Origin: Candidatus Zixiibacteriota bacterium
GTDB lineage: Bacteria; Zixibacteria; MSB-5A5; WJJR01
Assembly: GCA_040752595.1 (NCBI GenBank)
Contig: JBFMGX010000020.1
Location: 21,622-85,621 of the forward strand
DNA length: 64,000 nt
Direction of reading: 5' to 3'
The notes below the pieces were generated by a model, which saw nothing but the letters and a program-made list of their open reading frames with translations, searched no databases and had not been told where the DNA came from. Position 1 is the first letter of the stretch. Each line of letters begins with the position of its first letter. This document shows, piece by piece, positions 17,671-28,576 of this stretch. The translations under genes were made by a program, and so were the position numbers.

Positions 17671-19101
17671 ATGAAACGGCTCGACCGCTACATTCTGCAC
17701 GAACACAATGGGCCGTTTTGGTTTGCGTTGGTCGTGATCATGCTCGTCTTGGTCGTCGATTTTGTGCCCGATGTTGTGCGCATGGTGGTCACCAAGGGGA
17801 TACCGGCCACGGTCATCTTGCAGGTATTCGTTCTGAACCTGGCTTGGATGTTTGCCTTGTCGGTGCCGATGGCGGTGTTGTCGGCGACGTTGATGGCATT
17901 TGGACGTCTGTCGGCAGACTCGGAGACACTGGCGCTGAAGGCCGCAGGGGTCTCCCTGTACCGGCTGATTGCGCCGGTGCTGATCGTGGCGACGCTCTTG
18001 GGGTCGGGGCTGGTGGTATTCAACAATGACGTACTGCCCGGTGCGAATCACGAGGCCCGACGCCTGATGTCGGACATCCGTCGCAAACGTCCGACTCTCG
18101 ATTTGAAGGCCAACGTCATGGAGGACCGGATTCCCGGATACCACCTGTTGATCAAGCACATCGATCAGAGGTCTTCCGACATTGCCGACATCACGATCTT
18201 TGACCACAAGAACCGCAATGCCCCGCGCACGGTGGTGGCCAAGACCGGGACGATGCGTCACTCGCCCGATGGACACACGCTGATCCTGGAGTTGCGGGAC
18301 GGTGAGATCCATGAACCCGATCCTCAGGATCGGCGCAAGTACCGGCGCACGGAGTTTCGTCAGCAGACATTCTACCTCGGCGGCGTCGGCGATGAATGGA
18401 CACGGACCGACTCGGAGTACCGCACCGATCGCGAGAAATCGTCGGCGCAGATGCGGGAGGACGTCGCCGCGTGGCGGGTTTCGATCCGCGCCCGCCGTGT
18501 CGCCATCAACACGGCCTGCTCCACCGCGGTCAGGGCGTATTTCGTGGCCGAACCGGACACGCAGATCGCCGAGGTCAGTCTGCCGACCGCGCGCGGCACG
18601 TTCCGGCCCGCGGCGAATGCGACCAGTGCCGTCTTGCGGGCCAAGGAACGGGCGCAGCGACTCGGCCAGTTGATCGAGCGCGAGACCAGCGCCATCGAGA
18701 ATCAGAATCGACTGGTCGACCAGTACCTGATTGAAATCCACAAGAAGTACTCGATTCCCGCCGCCTGCATCGTGTTCGCGTTGATCGGTTGCCCTTTGGG
18801 CGTACGTTCGCGACGGGGCGGGATCGCCGCCGGATTGGGAATCTCGATCGGATTGTTCCTTCTGTATTGGGCATTCCTGATCGGTGGCGAGGATTTGGCG
18901 GATCGCGATCTTGTCTCCCCATTGGTCGCCATGTGGAGCGCCGATCTACTGATCGGCTTGGTCGGGTTGGTGATGCTGTGGTCGGTGACCAATGAAACAT
19001 CGCCGACGCCACGGGCGATCGCCTCGCACATGGCACGAGGCCGGCGACGGTTCCTGGTCGGACGCGGCGCCGTCACAGCGAGCACGGGGGGCGAGCCATG
19101 A
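17671..19101 (+). CDS. LptF/LptG-family LPS export permease (YjgP/YjgQ)
   Basis: MKRLDRYILHEHNGPFWFALVVIMLVLVV is a typical family N-terminus. Six hydrophobic segments with a large periplasmic insert. Start trimmed to ATG 17671. Confidence 0.8.
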   Translation: MKRLDRYILHEHNGPFWFALVVIMLVLVVDFVPDVVRMVVTKGIPATVILQVFVLNLAWMFALSVPMAVLSATLMAFGRLSADSETLALKAAGVSLYRLIAPVLIVATLLGSGLVVFNNDVLPGANHEARRLMSDIRRKRPTLDLKANVMEDRIPGYHLLIKHIDQRSSDIADITIFDHKNRNAPRTVVAKTGTMRHSPDGHTLILELRDGEIHEPDPQDRRKYRRTEFRQQTFYLGGVGDEWTRTDSEYRTDREKSSAQMREDVAAWRVSIRARRVAINTACSTAVRAYFVAEPDTQIAEVSLPTARGTFRPAANATSAVLRAKERAQRLGQLIERETSAIENQNRLVDQYLIEIHKKYSIPAACIVFALIGCPLGVRSRRGGIAAGLGISIGLFLLYWAFLIGGEDLADRDLVSPLVAMWSADLLIGLVGLVMLWSVTNETSPTPRAIASHMARGRRRFLVGRGAVTASTGGEP

Positions 19102-20183
19102 ACCGCATCGACCGCTATCTCATCGGCCGGTTCCTGTTCAACTTTGCCTGGTCGCTTTTGGCCTTTTGGGTGGTGTTCATCATCGTCGACTTGGTCGAGC
19201 AACTCGACAAGTTCATCGACAAGGGCGTACCGCCGTCAATCGTTGCCCTGTACTATCTCTACTTCACGCCCTCTGTGTTGATTCTGGTGGCGCCGATCGG
19301 CGTCCTGTTGGCGACGCTCTTTGCGGTCGGCTTTCTGGCGAAGCGCAATGAGCTTCTGGCGATGCGTGCGGCGGGGCTGTCGCTGTGGCGGTTGGCGTTT
19401 CCCTTCCTGTTCATGGGGCTGATCGTCACCGGTGCGGTCTTTGCCGCCGGGGAGACCGTCTATCCCCAGGCCGAGGCACGACGCGCGGATCTGCGCTCGC
19501 GCGTGATCAAAGGGACCGTGCAGCCGGCGCAGTTTCTGTTGCAGAATCTGTATGTGTCCGGTGCGTCCGGGAGGGTGTACTACTTTCGCAGCTACAATAC
19601 CGGACAGAATGTCGGCACCGGCGCCACGGTGCAGACTTTCGCGGACGGGCGATTGGTCGAATCCATCGAGATGAAGAGTCTGCGCTACTCCGATTCGCTA
19701 TGGATCGGTGAAGGGGGAGACCGGCGCATCTTCGCCGCCGCCGGGGACAGCGTCGTGCGCTTCGAGAGTTTCGCGACCCGGAGCTTCCCCCAATGGACCG
19801 AGACGCCCGAGGACGTCGTGCGCAAACGGGTCGATCCGCAGCAAATGACCTACCGTCAGTTGAGGGAGACAGTCGAACGTCTGCGTCGCGGCGGCGCCGA
19901 ACCGGTGGAAGAGGAGACGGAGCTGGCGCTCAAGCTCGCTTTCCCATTCATCAATTTCATCGTGGTGCTGATCGGTTTCCCCATTGCCGCGCGCACCCGG
20001 CAGTCGGGCATGGCGCTGAATTTCGGCATCGCGATGCTCATCTCATTTGTGGTACGCGTCCTCTATGAGATCTTCCGTTCCCTGGGCCACAATGGCGAGG
20101 TGTCGCCATTGCTGGCCGCCTGGGCGCCGAACCTCATCTGTCTGGTGGCGGGGATCGCCGTGTTGCTGCGCGTGCGGAAGTAG
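19098..20183 (+). CDS. LptF/LptG-family LPS export permease (second paralog)
   Basis: MNRIDRYLIGRFLFNFAWSLLAFWVVFIIVDLVEQLDKFI. An ATGA start/stop overlap with the preceding paralog gives the usual lptFG pair arrangement. Confidence 0.8.
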   Translation: MNRIDRYLIGRFLFNFAWSLLAFWVVFIIVDLVEQLDKFIDKGVPPSIVALYYLYFTPSVLILVAPIGVLLATLFAVGFLAKRNELLAMRAAGLSLWRLAFPFLFMGLIVTGAVFAAGETVYPQAEARRADLRSRVIKGTVQPAQFLLQNLYVSGASGRVYYFRSYNTGQNVGTGATVQTFADGRLVESIEMKSLRYSDSLWIGEGGDRRIFAAAGDSVVRFESFATRSFPQWTETPEDVVRKRVDPQQMTYRQLRETVERLRRGGAEPVEEETELALKLAFPFINFIVVLIGFPIAARTRQSGMALNFGIAMLISFVVRVLYEIFRSLGHNGEVSPLLAAWAPNLICLVAGIAVLLRVRK

Positions 20184-20210
20184 AACGGAAGTTCCGCCGG
20201 AGGAACTACC

Positions 20211-20573
20211 ATGTGCATTCAATGGCTGACGTTCGCGGTGCTCACACTCACACTCGTCGCGGTTGTATGGTACGCTTGGGAAACGCGACGGATCGTAAGG
20301 CTTCAACAGGAGGAAGTCGGTCTGAAGAAGCGCCCCGTTGTGACTGTCAGAAACAGATGCGAGACAGAACCGATGTTTCATACTGAGATTGCAAATCTAT
20401 CGAATGTCCACGCCGAAGCTCACGTTGAGGCTACAATAAACTGGCAAGAGAGGCAGGTTTCCCTCGATTCCTCTCATCCCTATTCTGGCAAGCGAGCGTG
20501 GCTGCTCCAAGCGAGTAACACGTTCAACGGAAATCTGGACTTGGCCAACGTTTTGAGCAAAAGCTGGGCTTGA
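20211..20573 (+). CDS. Hypothetical small membrane protein (orphan, lower GC; possibly frameshifted)
   Basis: 120-aa ORF with N-terminal helix WLTFAVLTLTLVAVVWYAW. No family recognised. A coding-looking stretch continues in another frame to 20733. Confidence 0.35.
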   Translation: MCIQWLTFAVLTLTLVAVVWYAWETRRIVRLQQEEVGLKKRPVVTVRNRCETEPMFHTEIANLSNVHAEAHVEATINWQERQVSLDSSHPYSGKRAWLLQASNTFNGNLDLANVLSKSWA

Positions 20574-20770
20574 CCGTACGCAACACGCTGGTGCGCGCGT
20601 GAGGCCAGAAGTCCGTGTCCGAAGCTATGATGCCAAAGACAAGAGTGCGCCGTATTGGAAGAACCCTCCGGTAGAGTACTACTGGGACAATGGCAGATGG
20701 ATACCGGAAGCCGCACCTCAAGAAACAAGCTAAACGGGATTTCATAACCTCGAAAGGGCTCAAGTGCTTG

Positions 20771-20844
20771 GTGCCACGGGTCTTTAGACCCGTGAACTCC
20801 CGATGTACGGATGCAATCAGCACGGGTCTGAAGACCCGTGGCAC
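20771..20844. repeat. Composite palindrome of two F3 hairpins
   Basis: gtgccacgggtctttagacccgtg (20771-20794) and cacgggtctgaagacccgtggcac (20821-20844) are mutually inverted. F2-like hairpins follow: gtagggtgcgtgcttcgcatgca at ~20878-20900, and ggtgcgttcagagaacgcaccctacag at 20917-20943. Confidence 0.8.
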
Positions 20845-20958
20845 ATCTGGTATGTGAATCTGATTATAGGGGCAGAAGTAGGGTGCGTGCTTCGCATGCA
20901 GCGTCCGACAGAGAACGGTGCGTTCAGAGAACGCACCCTACAGATGGGAGCCGGTTCC

Positions 20959-21663
20959 CTACGGATGCGCTGCCAGCTCGGCGAGACTGTTCACGACCAG
21001 GTCGGGTTTGATCGGGGCGCCGGGCGGTGCAGTCGCGCCCCAACCGGGTCGGTCGTGGCGACGGTCCACCCAGACGGTCGCCAGGCCGAGTGCCTTGGCG
21101 GGCACGTGATCATGATAGAGACTCTGGGCGACATGGAGTGTTCTGTCTCTGCGAATGCCCATGTCCGCCAGGACGGAGAGCGCGCGCTCGAACATGCGCG
21201 GGTCGGGCTTGTAGGCACCGACATCCTCAGCGGTGACAATGGCATCGAACGCCACGCCGAGTATGGCATTTGTGCGCGCGAAGGCGGCGCGGTCGACGTT
21301 CGAAATGATGACCAGTCGATGTCGCTGCTTCAGGTCCTGCAATGCCGCCACGGTGTCAGGAAAGGGCGGCCAGTCGCCGACCGATTGCGCGAAGGCCTCC
21401 GCCTCGGCCGTCGTGACGGGCACATTGAGGGCCTGCGCGATGCGGGCATGGACGCTGCGCAGGATGTCCGAGTATCGGACACGGGGCAATTCCCCTTCCA
21501 GGTGTGCCTCGGCCTCGGCGAAGATCTCCAGAAGGCGTTCATCGGACACGCGCACGCCATGGCGGGCCGCCCAGGGACGCAGGGAGTTGAGCAGCCCGGT
21601 CTCCCAATCGATCAGGGTGCCGTAGCAGTCGAAGGTGAGGGCTTGGAAGTCGCGGATGGTCAT
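20959..21663 (-). CDS. HAD-superfamily hydrolase, haloacid dehalogenase type II-like
   Basis: Motif I FDCYGTLIDWE, ISNVD, and YKPDPRMFERAL. Start trimmed to ATG 21663 (MTIRDFQALTFD). Confidence 0.8.
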   Translation of the reverse strand: MTIRDFQALTFDCYGTLIDWETGLLNSLRPWAARHGVRVSDERLLEIFAEAEAHLEGELPRVRYSDILRSVHARIAQALNVPVTTAEAEAFAQSVGDWPPFPDTVAALQDLKQRHRLVIISNVDRAAFARTNAILGVAFDAIVTAEDVGAYKPDPRMFERALSVLADMGIRRDRTLHVAQSLYHDHVPAKALGLATVWVDRRHDRPGWGATAPPGAPIKPDLVVNSLAELAAHP

Positions 21664-21716
21664 GATGGCGAGGATGGGCGAATCACAGACATACCGACCC
21701 ACGAGAGCACAACCAT

Positions 21717-21815
21717 GTCATCCTGAACGAGTCCCGCCATCAGGCGGGGCAAAGTGAAGGATCTGCTGTTGCTGTTCCCCGTCAAAAGCAGATCCCTCGC
21801 TGCGCTCGGGATGAC
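21717..21815. repeat. Family F4 palindromic element
   Basis: gtcatcctgaacgag...gaaggatctgctg // aagcagatccctcgctgcgctcgggatgac, between the ahcY stop and the HAD gene start. Confidence 0.85.
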
Positions 21816-21838
21816 AAGTAAGGTAGCCTCGATCCGGG

Positions 21839-23095
<1,257 letters not shown>

Positions 23096-23217
23096 CAGTC
23101 ACTCCTCTTTCGGTTAGTCTCCACATCGGTGGGGGGGGCAGCGAGTCGGGCGCACAGCCGTGCGCCCCTGCAAACGCGACGGTACTGTTTCTGTGACTGG
23201 ATGGCATACTATGTACG

Positions 23218-24372
23218 TTATGCGTCCTTTGCCAGATCCGCGGCGTGATCGGTCTTCTCCCAGGTGAATGACTCCTCGTCGCGGCCGAAGTGGCCGTAGG
23301 CGGCGGTGGCGCGGTAGATGGGCCTTCGGAGTTGCAGGTAGTCGATGATCGCGCGCGGCGTGAGGTCAAAGTGTTTGCGAATCAACTCAGCCAACCGGCC
23401 GTTGGGCACCTTCTCGGTGTCGTCGCAGAAGACCATGACCGACACCGGCTCGGCGATGCCGATGGCATAGGCGAGTTGCACCGTGCAGCGGTCGGCGAGA
23501 CCGGCCGCGACGATGTTCTTGGCGATGTAACGCGCCATGTAGGCGGCCGAGCGGTCGACCTTGGACGGATCTTTGCCGGAGAAGGCACCGCCGCCGTGCG
23601 CGGCCATGCCGCCGTAGGTGTCGACGATGATCTTGCGGCCGGTCATTCCGGTGTCGGACTGCGGTCCCCCGACGACGAACTTGCCGGTGGGATTGACATG
23701 GAAGATCGTTTGGGCATCCAACAGCGACGGATCGATGACGACACGTGCCACCTGATCGATGATCTGGCGGCGGGCATTGGCGGTGATGTGCTTCCCGGTC
23801 GCATCGAGGATCGCCTCGCTGTGCTGGGCGGCCAGGACGACGGTGTGGACACGGGCGGGTCGCCCCCCGCGATACTCCACGGTCACCTGCGACTTGCCGT
23901 CGGGACCGAGGTACGGGAGAATGCCGCGTTTGCGCACCTCGGCGAGGCGGCGGGTCAGTTGGTGGGCCAACATGATCGGCAGCGGCATCAGTTGCGGCGT
24001 TTCACGGCAGGCGAACCCGACCATCAGTCCCTGATCGCCGGCGCCCCCCGTGTCGACTCCCTGGGCGATGTCCGGCGATTGCGGCCCGATGGCATTCAAG
24101 ATGGCGCAACTGGTGTAGCTGAAGCCGCTGTCGGTGTAGCCGATGTCGCGCAACAAATCGCGCACGAGCCGGTGGATGTCGACATAGGCGGTCGTGGTGA
24201 TCTCGCCGCCGACGATCACCAGGCCGACGGTGACGAATGTCTCGCAGGCGACGCGCCCGGCCGGATCCTGACGGATGACGTCATCGAGGACGGCGTCGGA
24301 GATCTGGTCGCACACTTTGTCGGGGTGCCCTTCGGTCACCGATTCCGATGTGAACAGGAAGTCGTTGGTCAT
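23218..24372 (-). CDS. metK: S-adenosylmethionine synthetase
   Basis: [38 protein letters not shown] and [19 protein letters not shown]. Start trimmed to ATG 24372, with GAGGT upstream. Confidence 0.95.
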   Translation of the reverse strand: MTNDFLFTSESVTEGHPDKVCDQISDAVLDDVIRQDPAGRVACETFVTVGLVIVGGEITTTAYVDIHRLVRDLLRDIGYTDSGFSYTSCAILNAIGPQSPDIAQGVDTGGAGDQGLMVGFACRETPQLMPLPIMLAHQLTRRLAEVRKRGILPYLGPDGKSQVTVEYRGGRPARVHTVVLAAQHSEAILDATGKHITANARRQIIDQVARVVIDPSLLDAQTIFHVNPTGKFVVGGPQSDTGMTGRKIIVDTYGGMAAHGGGAFSGKDPSKVDRSAAYMARYIAKNIVAAGLADRCTVQLAYAIGIAEPVSVMVFCDDTEKVPNGRLAELIRKHFDLTPRAIIDYLQLRRPIYRATAAYGHFGRDEESFTWEKTDHAADLAKDA

Positions 24373-24412
24373 ACTACCTCGTACGCTCAACAGGTGACTG
24401 ACTCACTTGAGA

Positions 24413-24446
24413 GAAACAGCAGATCCTTCGCTCCGCCCAGGATGAC
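24413..24446. repeat. Half-copy of family F4 element
   Basis: gaaacagcagatccttcgctccgcccaggatgac. Only the right arm is present. Confidence 0.6.
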
Positions 24447-24491
24447 AGGGTTGCTTCCAAAGGTGTGCTCTTCATGCGCTCTGCGGCCGGG

Positions 24492-25475
24492 CTAAGGCAG
24501 CACGACTTCGGAGGATTCGCCCACACTGAGACGTCGGCCGAATCCCTCGACCAAAGCATGCGCTCCGATGATGGAATCCTCCAAGACGCAACCTGAAACC
24601 CGGGCATCCTCGGCGATGATCGAGTTCTTGATCACGGCTTCTGTGATCCGCGTCCGCTCGCCGATCGACACGTAGGGGCCGATGATGGACCGCTCAATAG
24701 TGGCGGACGGGGCAATCGACACCGGAGACACGACGACCGATCCCTCGATGGCATAGCGCGCCGGGTATTTGGCCAGTAGATGCCGGTTTGTCGCCAGCAA
24801 CGTTTCCGGCTTGCCGCAGTCGTACCATCCCTCCACCGGGACAGCGCGCAGCCGTGCCCCATGATCGATCATCATTTGCAGCGCATCGGTCATCTGGATC
24901 TCGCCGGTGGCTCCCTCGCCGAGTCGCACAACCTGCGCCAGACAATCGCGGAAAAGCCGCGTCGATCGGATTCCGTACAACCCCACCACCGCCCAGTGCG
25001 AAGGCGGGACGGCGGGCTTCTCCACCAGACGTTGCACGAAGCCGTCGGCAACCTCGGCCACACCGAAACGGCGCGGGTCGTCCACTTCCTTCACGCCAAG
25101 GTAATCCTCGTCGCCGGAGGCGATCGCCGGGAAGTCTACATCGAGGATGGTGTCACCCAAAATCACCACGAGCGCATCATCGCCGGGGAGTGATGCCAGC
25201 GCCAGGTGGACGGCATACCCCAGTCCACGGAGTTCGGACTGCTGGATGAAATCGACGTCCAATTTGTAATGTTCGTGAACGAACGCCTCAATCTGTTCAC
25301 CGAGGAAGCCGACCACGAGGCAGATCCTTCCCAGATCGGGGATGCCGACGATCCGGTCGAGGATATGGCCGAGAATGGGTTGCCCGGCCACCGGCAGGAG
25401 CGGTTTGGGTGCTGTGTGCGTGTGCGGACGGAGGCGAGTTCCGACTCCGGCCGCAGGAATAATGACATTCACCAT
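24492..25475 (-). CDS. Sugar-phosphate nucleotidyltransferase with C-terminal left-handed beta-helix
   Basis: MVNVIIPAAGVGTRLRPHTHTAPKPLLPV (G-x-G-T-R-x motif). The C-terminus has hexapeptide-like repeats (IGPYVSIGERTRI..., IIAEDARVSGCVLEDSIIGAHA). Start trimmed to ATG 25475. Confidence 0.8.
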   Translation of the reverse strand: MVNVIIPAAGVGTRLRPHTHTAPKPLLPVAGQPILGHILDRIVGIPDLGRICLVVGFLGEQIEAFVHEHYKLDVDFIQQSELRGLGYAVHLALASLPGDDALVVILGDTILDVDFPAIASGDEDYLGVKEVDDPRRFGVAEVADGFVQRLVEKPAVPPSHWAVVGLYGIRSTRLFRDCLAQVVRLGEGATGEIQMTDALQMMIDHGARLRAVPVEGWYDCGKPETLLATNRHLLAKYPARYAIEGSVVVSPVSIAPSATIERSIIGPYVSIGERTRITEAVIKNSIIAEDARVSGCVLEDSIIGAHALVEGFGRRLSVGESSEVVLP

Positions 25476-25792
25476 CGATGATTCCATTCGGGACGGCACC
25501 GGGGCCGACCCATCGTGCCATTGTACCGTCTGAAACACGGAGAAGAAACAGGTTTTCTCGCTTCCGCTTCGGCGATGGCCAGGCTGTGCGAACGGCAGTC
25601 AGACCTGTCGAGTGGATGGCCTCCGGCGGCAGTGACGAAGCGAGCGTGGCGGCCGACAATGGAGTTGAAGGGGTATAATGCTGTGCCGGCGGCGTGCGGC
25701 CCCGCCTTGACATGCCCGCCGGAAGGGGTATACTTGCCTGACTGTCCGGAGAACGACACGCCCCGGACAAGATGTGGGAGGTTGCGGTGTCG

Positions 25793-26845
25793 ATGCACAT
25801 CGGGATTCTGACTTCTGGTGGTGACTGCCCCGGTCTTAACGCCGTTGTGCGTGCCGTCGTGGTCAAAGCGATCAAGCACAACAAGTGGCAAGTGACCGGC
25901 ATTCTCGAAGGTTGGCGCGGTCTGATGCGCGAGGGCAAGACCCGTCCTCTGGCCCTCCATGAGATGTCCGGCATTTTGGGACTCGGGGGGACGCTGCTAA
26001 AGACCTCGCGGACCAATCCCGCGACCCGCTCCGGAGGGGTCGAAGAGGTTCTCCAGAAGGTCTCGGATCTCAAGCTGGATGCCGTGATCGCCATCGGCGG
26101 CGAGGACACGCAGGGTGTCGCCCATGCCTTCTCCGAGCGCGGTCTGCCCATTGTCGGGATACCCAAGACCATCGACAACGATCTGGCCGGGACGGACTAC
26201 TCGTTTGGATTCGACACGGCCATCAACACGGTGATGCACGCCATCGACAGCGTGCGCACGACGACCGAATCGCATCAACGGGTGATGGTCGTCGAGGTCA
26301 TGGGTCGCCACGCCGGCTGGATTGCGCTTCAGGGGGGAATCGCCGGAGGCGCCGATGCCATTCTCATCCCCGAGCGCCCGACCGATCTGGATGAGGTCTG
26401 CGCGTTGGTGCGGCGTCGGCACGAGGGCGGCAAAAACTTCTCCATCGTCGTCGTGGCCGAAGGGGCCAAGGTCACCGTCGACAAGACCGACGATTCGGTC
26501 GGGAGTCTCATTTTGCAGGATTTGGCCAAGGACGAGTTCGGACATGTGCGGCTCGGAGGAATCGGACAGGTCCTGGCGCGGGAAATCGAGAAGCGGACCG
26601 GATACGAGACGCGCGAGGTGATGCTGGGTCACGTGCAACGGGGCGGAACCCCCACGGCCTTTGATCGCTATTTGTGTACGCGGTACGGTCTGCACGCCGT
26701 GCATCTGATCGAGACGGGTCAGTTTGGGTGTATGGTGTGCCTCCGTGGCAATCAAATCACCTCGGTCCCGCTGTCTGAGGTCGCCGGAAGAACCAAGACC
26801 GTTCCGCATGAGCTGTTTGAGGAGGCAGCCGTCTTCTTCGGCTGA
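25793..26845 (+). CDS. pfkA: 6-phosphofructokinase (ATP- or PPi-dependent; specificity cannot be told by eye)
   Basis: GILTSGGDCPGLNAVVRAVV, IGGEDTQGVA, GIPKTIDNDL, MGRHAGWIAL and LGHVQRGG. Confidence 0.9.
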   Translation: MHIGILTSGGDCPGLNAVVRAVVVKAIKHNKWQVTGILEGWRGLMREGKTRPLALHEMSGILGLGGTLLKTSRTNPATRSGGVEEVLQKVSDLKLDAVIAIGGEDTQGVAHAFSERGLPIVGIPKTIDNDLAGTDYSFGFDTAINTVMHAIDSVRTTTESHQRVMVVEVMGRHAGWIALQGGIAGGADAILIPERPTDLDEVCALVRRRHEGGKNFSIVVVAEGAKVTVDKTDDSVGSLILQDLAKDEFGHVRLGGIGQVLAREIEKRTGYETREVMLGHVQRGGTPTAFDRYLCTRYGLHAVHLIETGQFGCMVCLRGNQITSVPLSEVAGRTKTVPHELFEEAAVFFG

Positions 26846-26913
26846 CCAAGAGGATAGTCACCCGACGGCCAAGGCTCAGACCTTGGGGACAGGCACGTCG
26901 GTCCGGGAGGGAC

Positions 26914-27690
26914 ATGCAGACGATTGGGAGGATCTCCAACGTAATGCAGGTGTCTGGTTGCCGTGTTCCTCTTCGCGGGCATCGGGTCCTGGCTGTAACC
27001 ATGGTATTGGTTTCGACGCTGGCGACGGCAGAGCCTGGCACCGCCGCCCGGCGACAAGGTGATCGCTTCAGTCTGCGGCTCGGAGCCTGGCCGCAGCGCG
27101 ATGTCTCCGGTGTCCTCGGTCGCATCGACTTCCAGGCGCCGGAAGATACGGTCTATGCCGCCACGGTGACGGAAGACGGCACGGTGATTCCATTTGTTGA
27201 GTTGTCCGGCATGTTCCACATCCGCGGCGCGTGGTGGGCCGAGGGAGGAATCGGCTGGTCGCGTCGATCGGATGTCCAGGTCGCCGGCGTGCGCGAGGAT
27301 GTACCGGCGACCGATAGTCTGGCGCGCATTCTCTTGGGGGACGGGAAGGTCGATTTCTTGCCGATGTTTGTCGGGGCGCGCGCGATGCACGATTTCGGGG
27401 CACACCCACGCCCCCACAATATCTATGCCCGTGGCGGTCTGTCACTGATCGTGGCGAGCGAGTCCCCCAATGTCGTCCACCCGCGAGTCGGGCGGAGGAT
27501 CTACAGCGAGGGGACCAAGGGGGGATTCGGGTTCCTCGTCGGCGTCGGCGGCGAGTACTATGTGGCGCCGAAGCTGGGCCTGCTCGTCGATCTGCAGTAC
27601 CGCTATGCCAAACTGCACTACACTGATGAGGCCGATTTCGATTTGTCTGGTTTTTGGCTGGCTGTCGGCATGACGGTGATGACGCGATGA
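26914..27690 (+). CDS. Putative outer-membrane beta-barrel protein
   Basis: Signal-like LAVTMVLVSTLATAEPG, alternating beta-strand pattern, and an aromatic-rich C-terminal strand (FWLAVGMTVMTR). The start codon is uncertain. Confidence 0.5.
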   Translation: MQTIGRISNVMQVSGCRVPLRGHRVLAVTMVLVSTLATAEPGTAARRQGDRFSLRLGAWPQRDVSGVLGRIDFQAPEDTVYAATVTEDGTVIPFVELSGMFHIRGAWWAEGGIGWSRRSDVQVAGVREDVPATDSLARILLGDGKVDFLPMFVGARAMHDFGAHPRPHNIYARGGLSLIVASESPNVVHPRVGRRIYSEGTKGGFGFLVGVGGEYYVAPKLGLLVDLQYRYAKLHYTDEADFDLSGFWLAVGMTVMTR

Positions 27691-27736
27691 CACGCTGCAT
27701 TGATAGAGCTTCGAGCAAGATGAACGAATCGTGGAA

Positions 27737-27852
27737 TCCCTCACCCGATCCGTCCTGCGGACGGATCGACCTCTCCCCCTCGAGTGCGCTCGGGGCAAGC
27801 CGGAGGGAGAGGTTATCGTTCCCCCTCTCCCTTCGAGAGATGGTCGGGGTGG
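27737..27852. repeat. Family F5 imperfect palindrome
   Basis: tccctcacccgatccgtcc...gacctctccccctcgagtgcgctcggggcaagccggagggagaggttatcgttccccctctccc...gagagatggtcggggtgg. Its right end covers the ATG (27840) of the next gene. Confidence 0.85.
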
Positions 27853-28523
27853 CGGTGTTCATTGCGGTTGCAGTTCTGACCGTCGCATCGGCATCCGCCC
27901 AACACCGCATGCGCGGGATTCCGCCACCGGCGATGCCGCCCACGCCCGGGATTTGGGGAAAGACACTGGTGGGTGGGCAGTTGGGGCCATGGTTCTCCGG
28001 CAACTTGCAGGACGATTTTGTACAATCCGACGTGCGGCTGTCCGCCAGCGGCACCGCCTTCCATTTGGAGCTTTTCTATCAGCCGCATCTGACGGGGGCG
28101 TTGAATCTCGATTTGAACTTCGGTGCCGTTAGCCGGGGCGACTTGCGCGCCAGCGTGACCGGTGGATCGGCGCTGGGCAACGCCACGCTCTACCCCCTTG
28201 GGGCAGGAATGATCGTGTTCCCATTGGCGAAGAAGGAGAAGACCAGACTGCAGCCGTTCCTCCGCGCCGGCGGATCGCTCGTGATCGGGACCGAACGTCT
28301 GGATGTGGTCACCCAGGATCTCTACGCCGTGGGGACCGCGTCGCGTTCGCGCACGGCCTGGGGGTACTATGCCGGAGGCGGCGCCACCTGGCTTCTGGGC
28401 ACAAGCATGGCAATCGTCGGAACCGTGAAATACCAATACGTCAAGTTCGATCAGGAGCTGTTTGGCGTTCGCGACTACTCGGGAACTCAAGTGCTCGTCG
28501 GCATTGCCTATCTCTACCGCTGA
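27840..28523 (+). CDS. Putative outer-membrane beta-barrel protein (paralog-like neighbour)
   Basis: Signal peptide MVGVAVFIAVAVLTVASASAQ, beta-strand periodicity, and terminal GTQVLVGIAYLYR. The ORF-track start 27654 reads through repeat F5. Confidence 0.5.
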   Translation: MVGVAVFIAVAVLTVASASAQHRMRGIPPPAMPPTPGIWGKTLVGGQLGPWFSGNLQDDFVQSDVRLSASGTAFHLELFYQPHLTGALNLDLNFGAVSRGDLRASVTGGSALGNATLYPLGAGMIVFPLAKKEKTRLQPFLRAGGSLVIGTERLDVVTQDLYAVGTASRSRTAWGYYAGGGATWLLGTSMAIVGTVKYQYVKFDQELFGVRDYSGTQVLVGIAYLYR

Positions 28524-28576
28524 TCGCGGGGGCGCTGGCCGAACCGCGCGGTCGCAGAAGATTCCAGGGAGGGTGC

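Noticed and set aside
23096-23217. Possible SAH riboswitch in the ahcY 5' leader, or a SAM riboswitch upstream of metK (24373-24491).
   Set aside because: The leader contains a simple 8-bp hairpin, GGGCGCAC-GGCU-GUGCGCCC. I could not place the SAH-riboswitch pseudoknot or the conserved 3' GGCGCUC segment. The metK leader is mostly a half F4 repeat. A covariance-model scan (RF01057, RF00162) would settle it.
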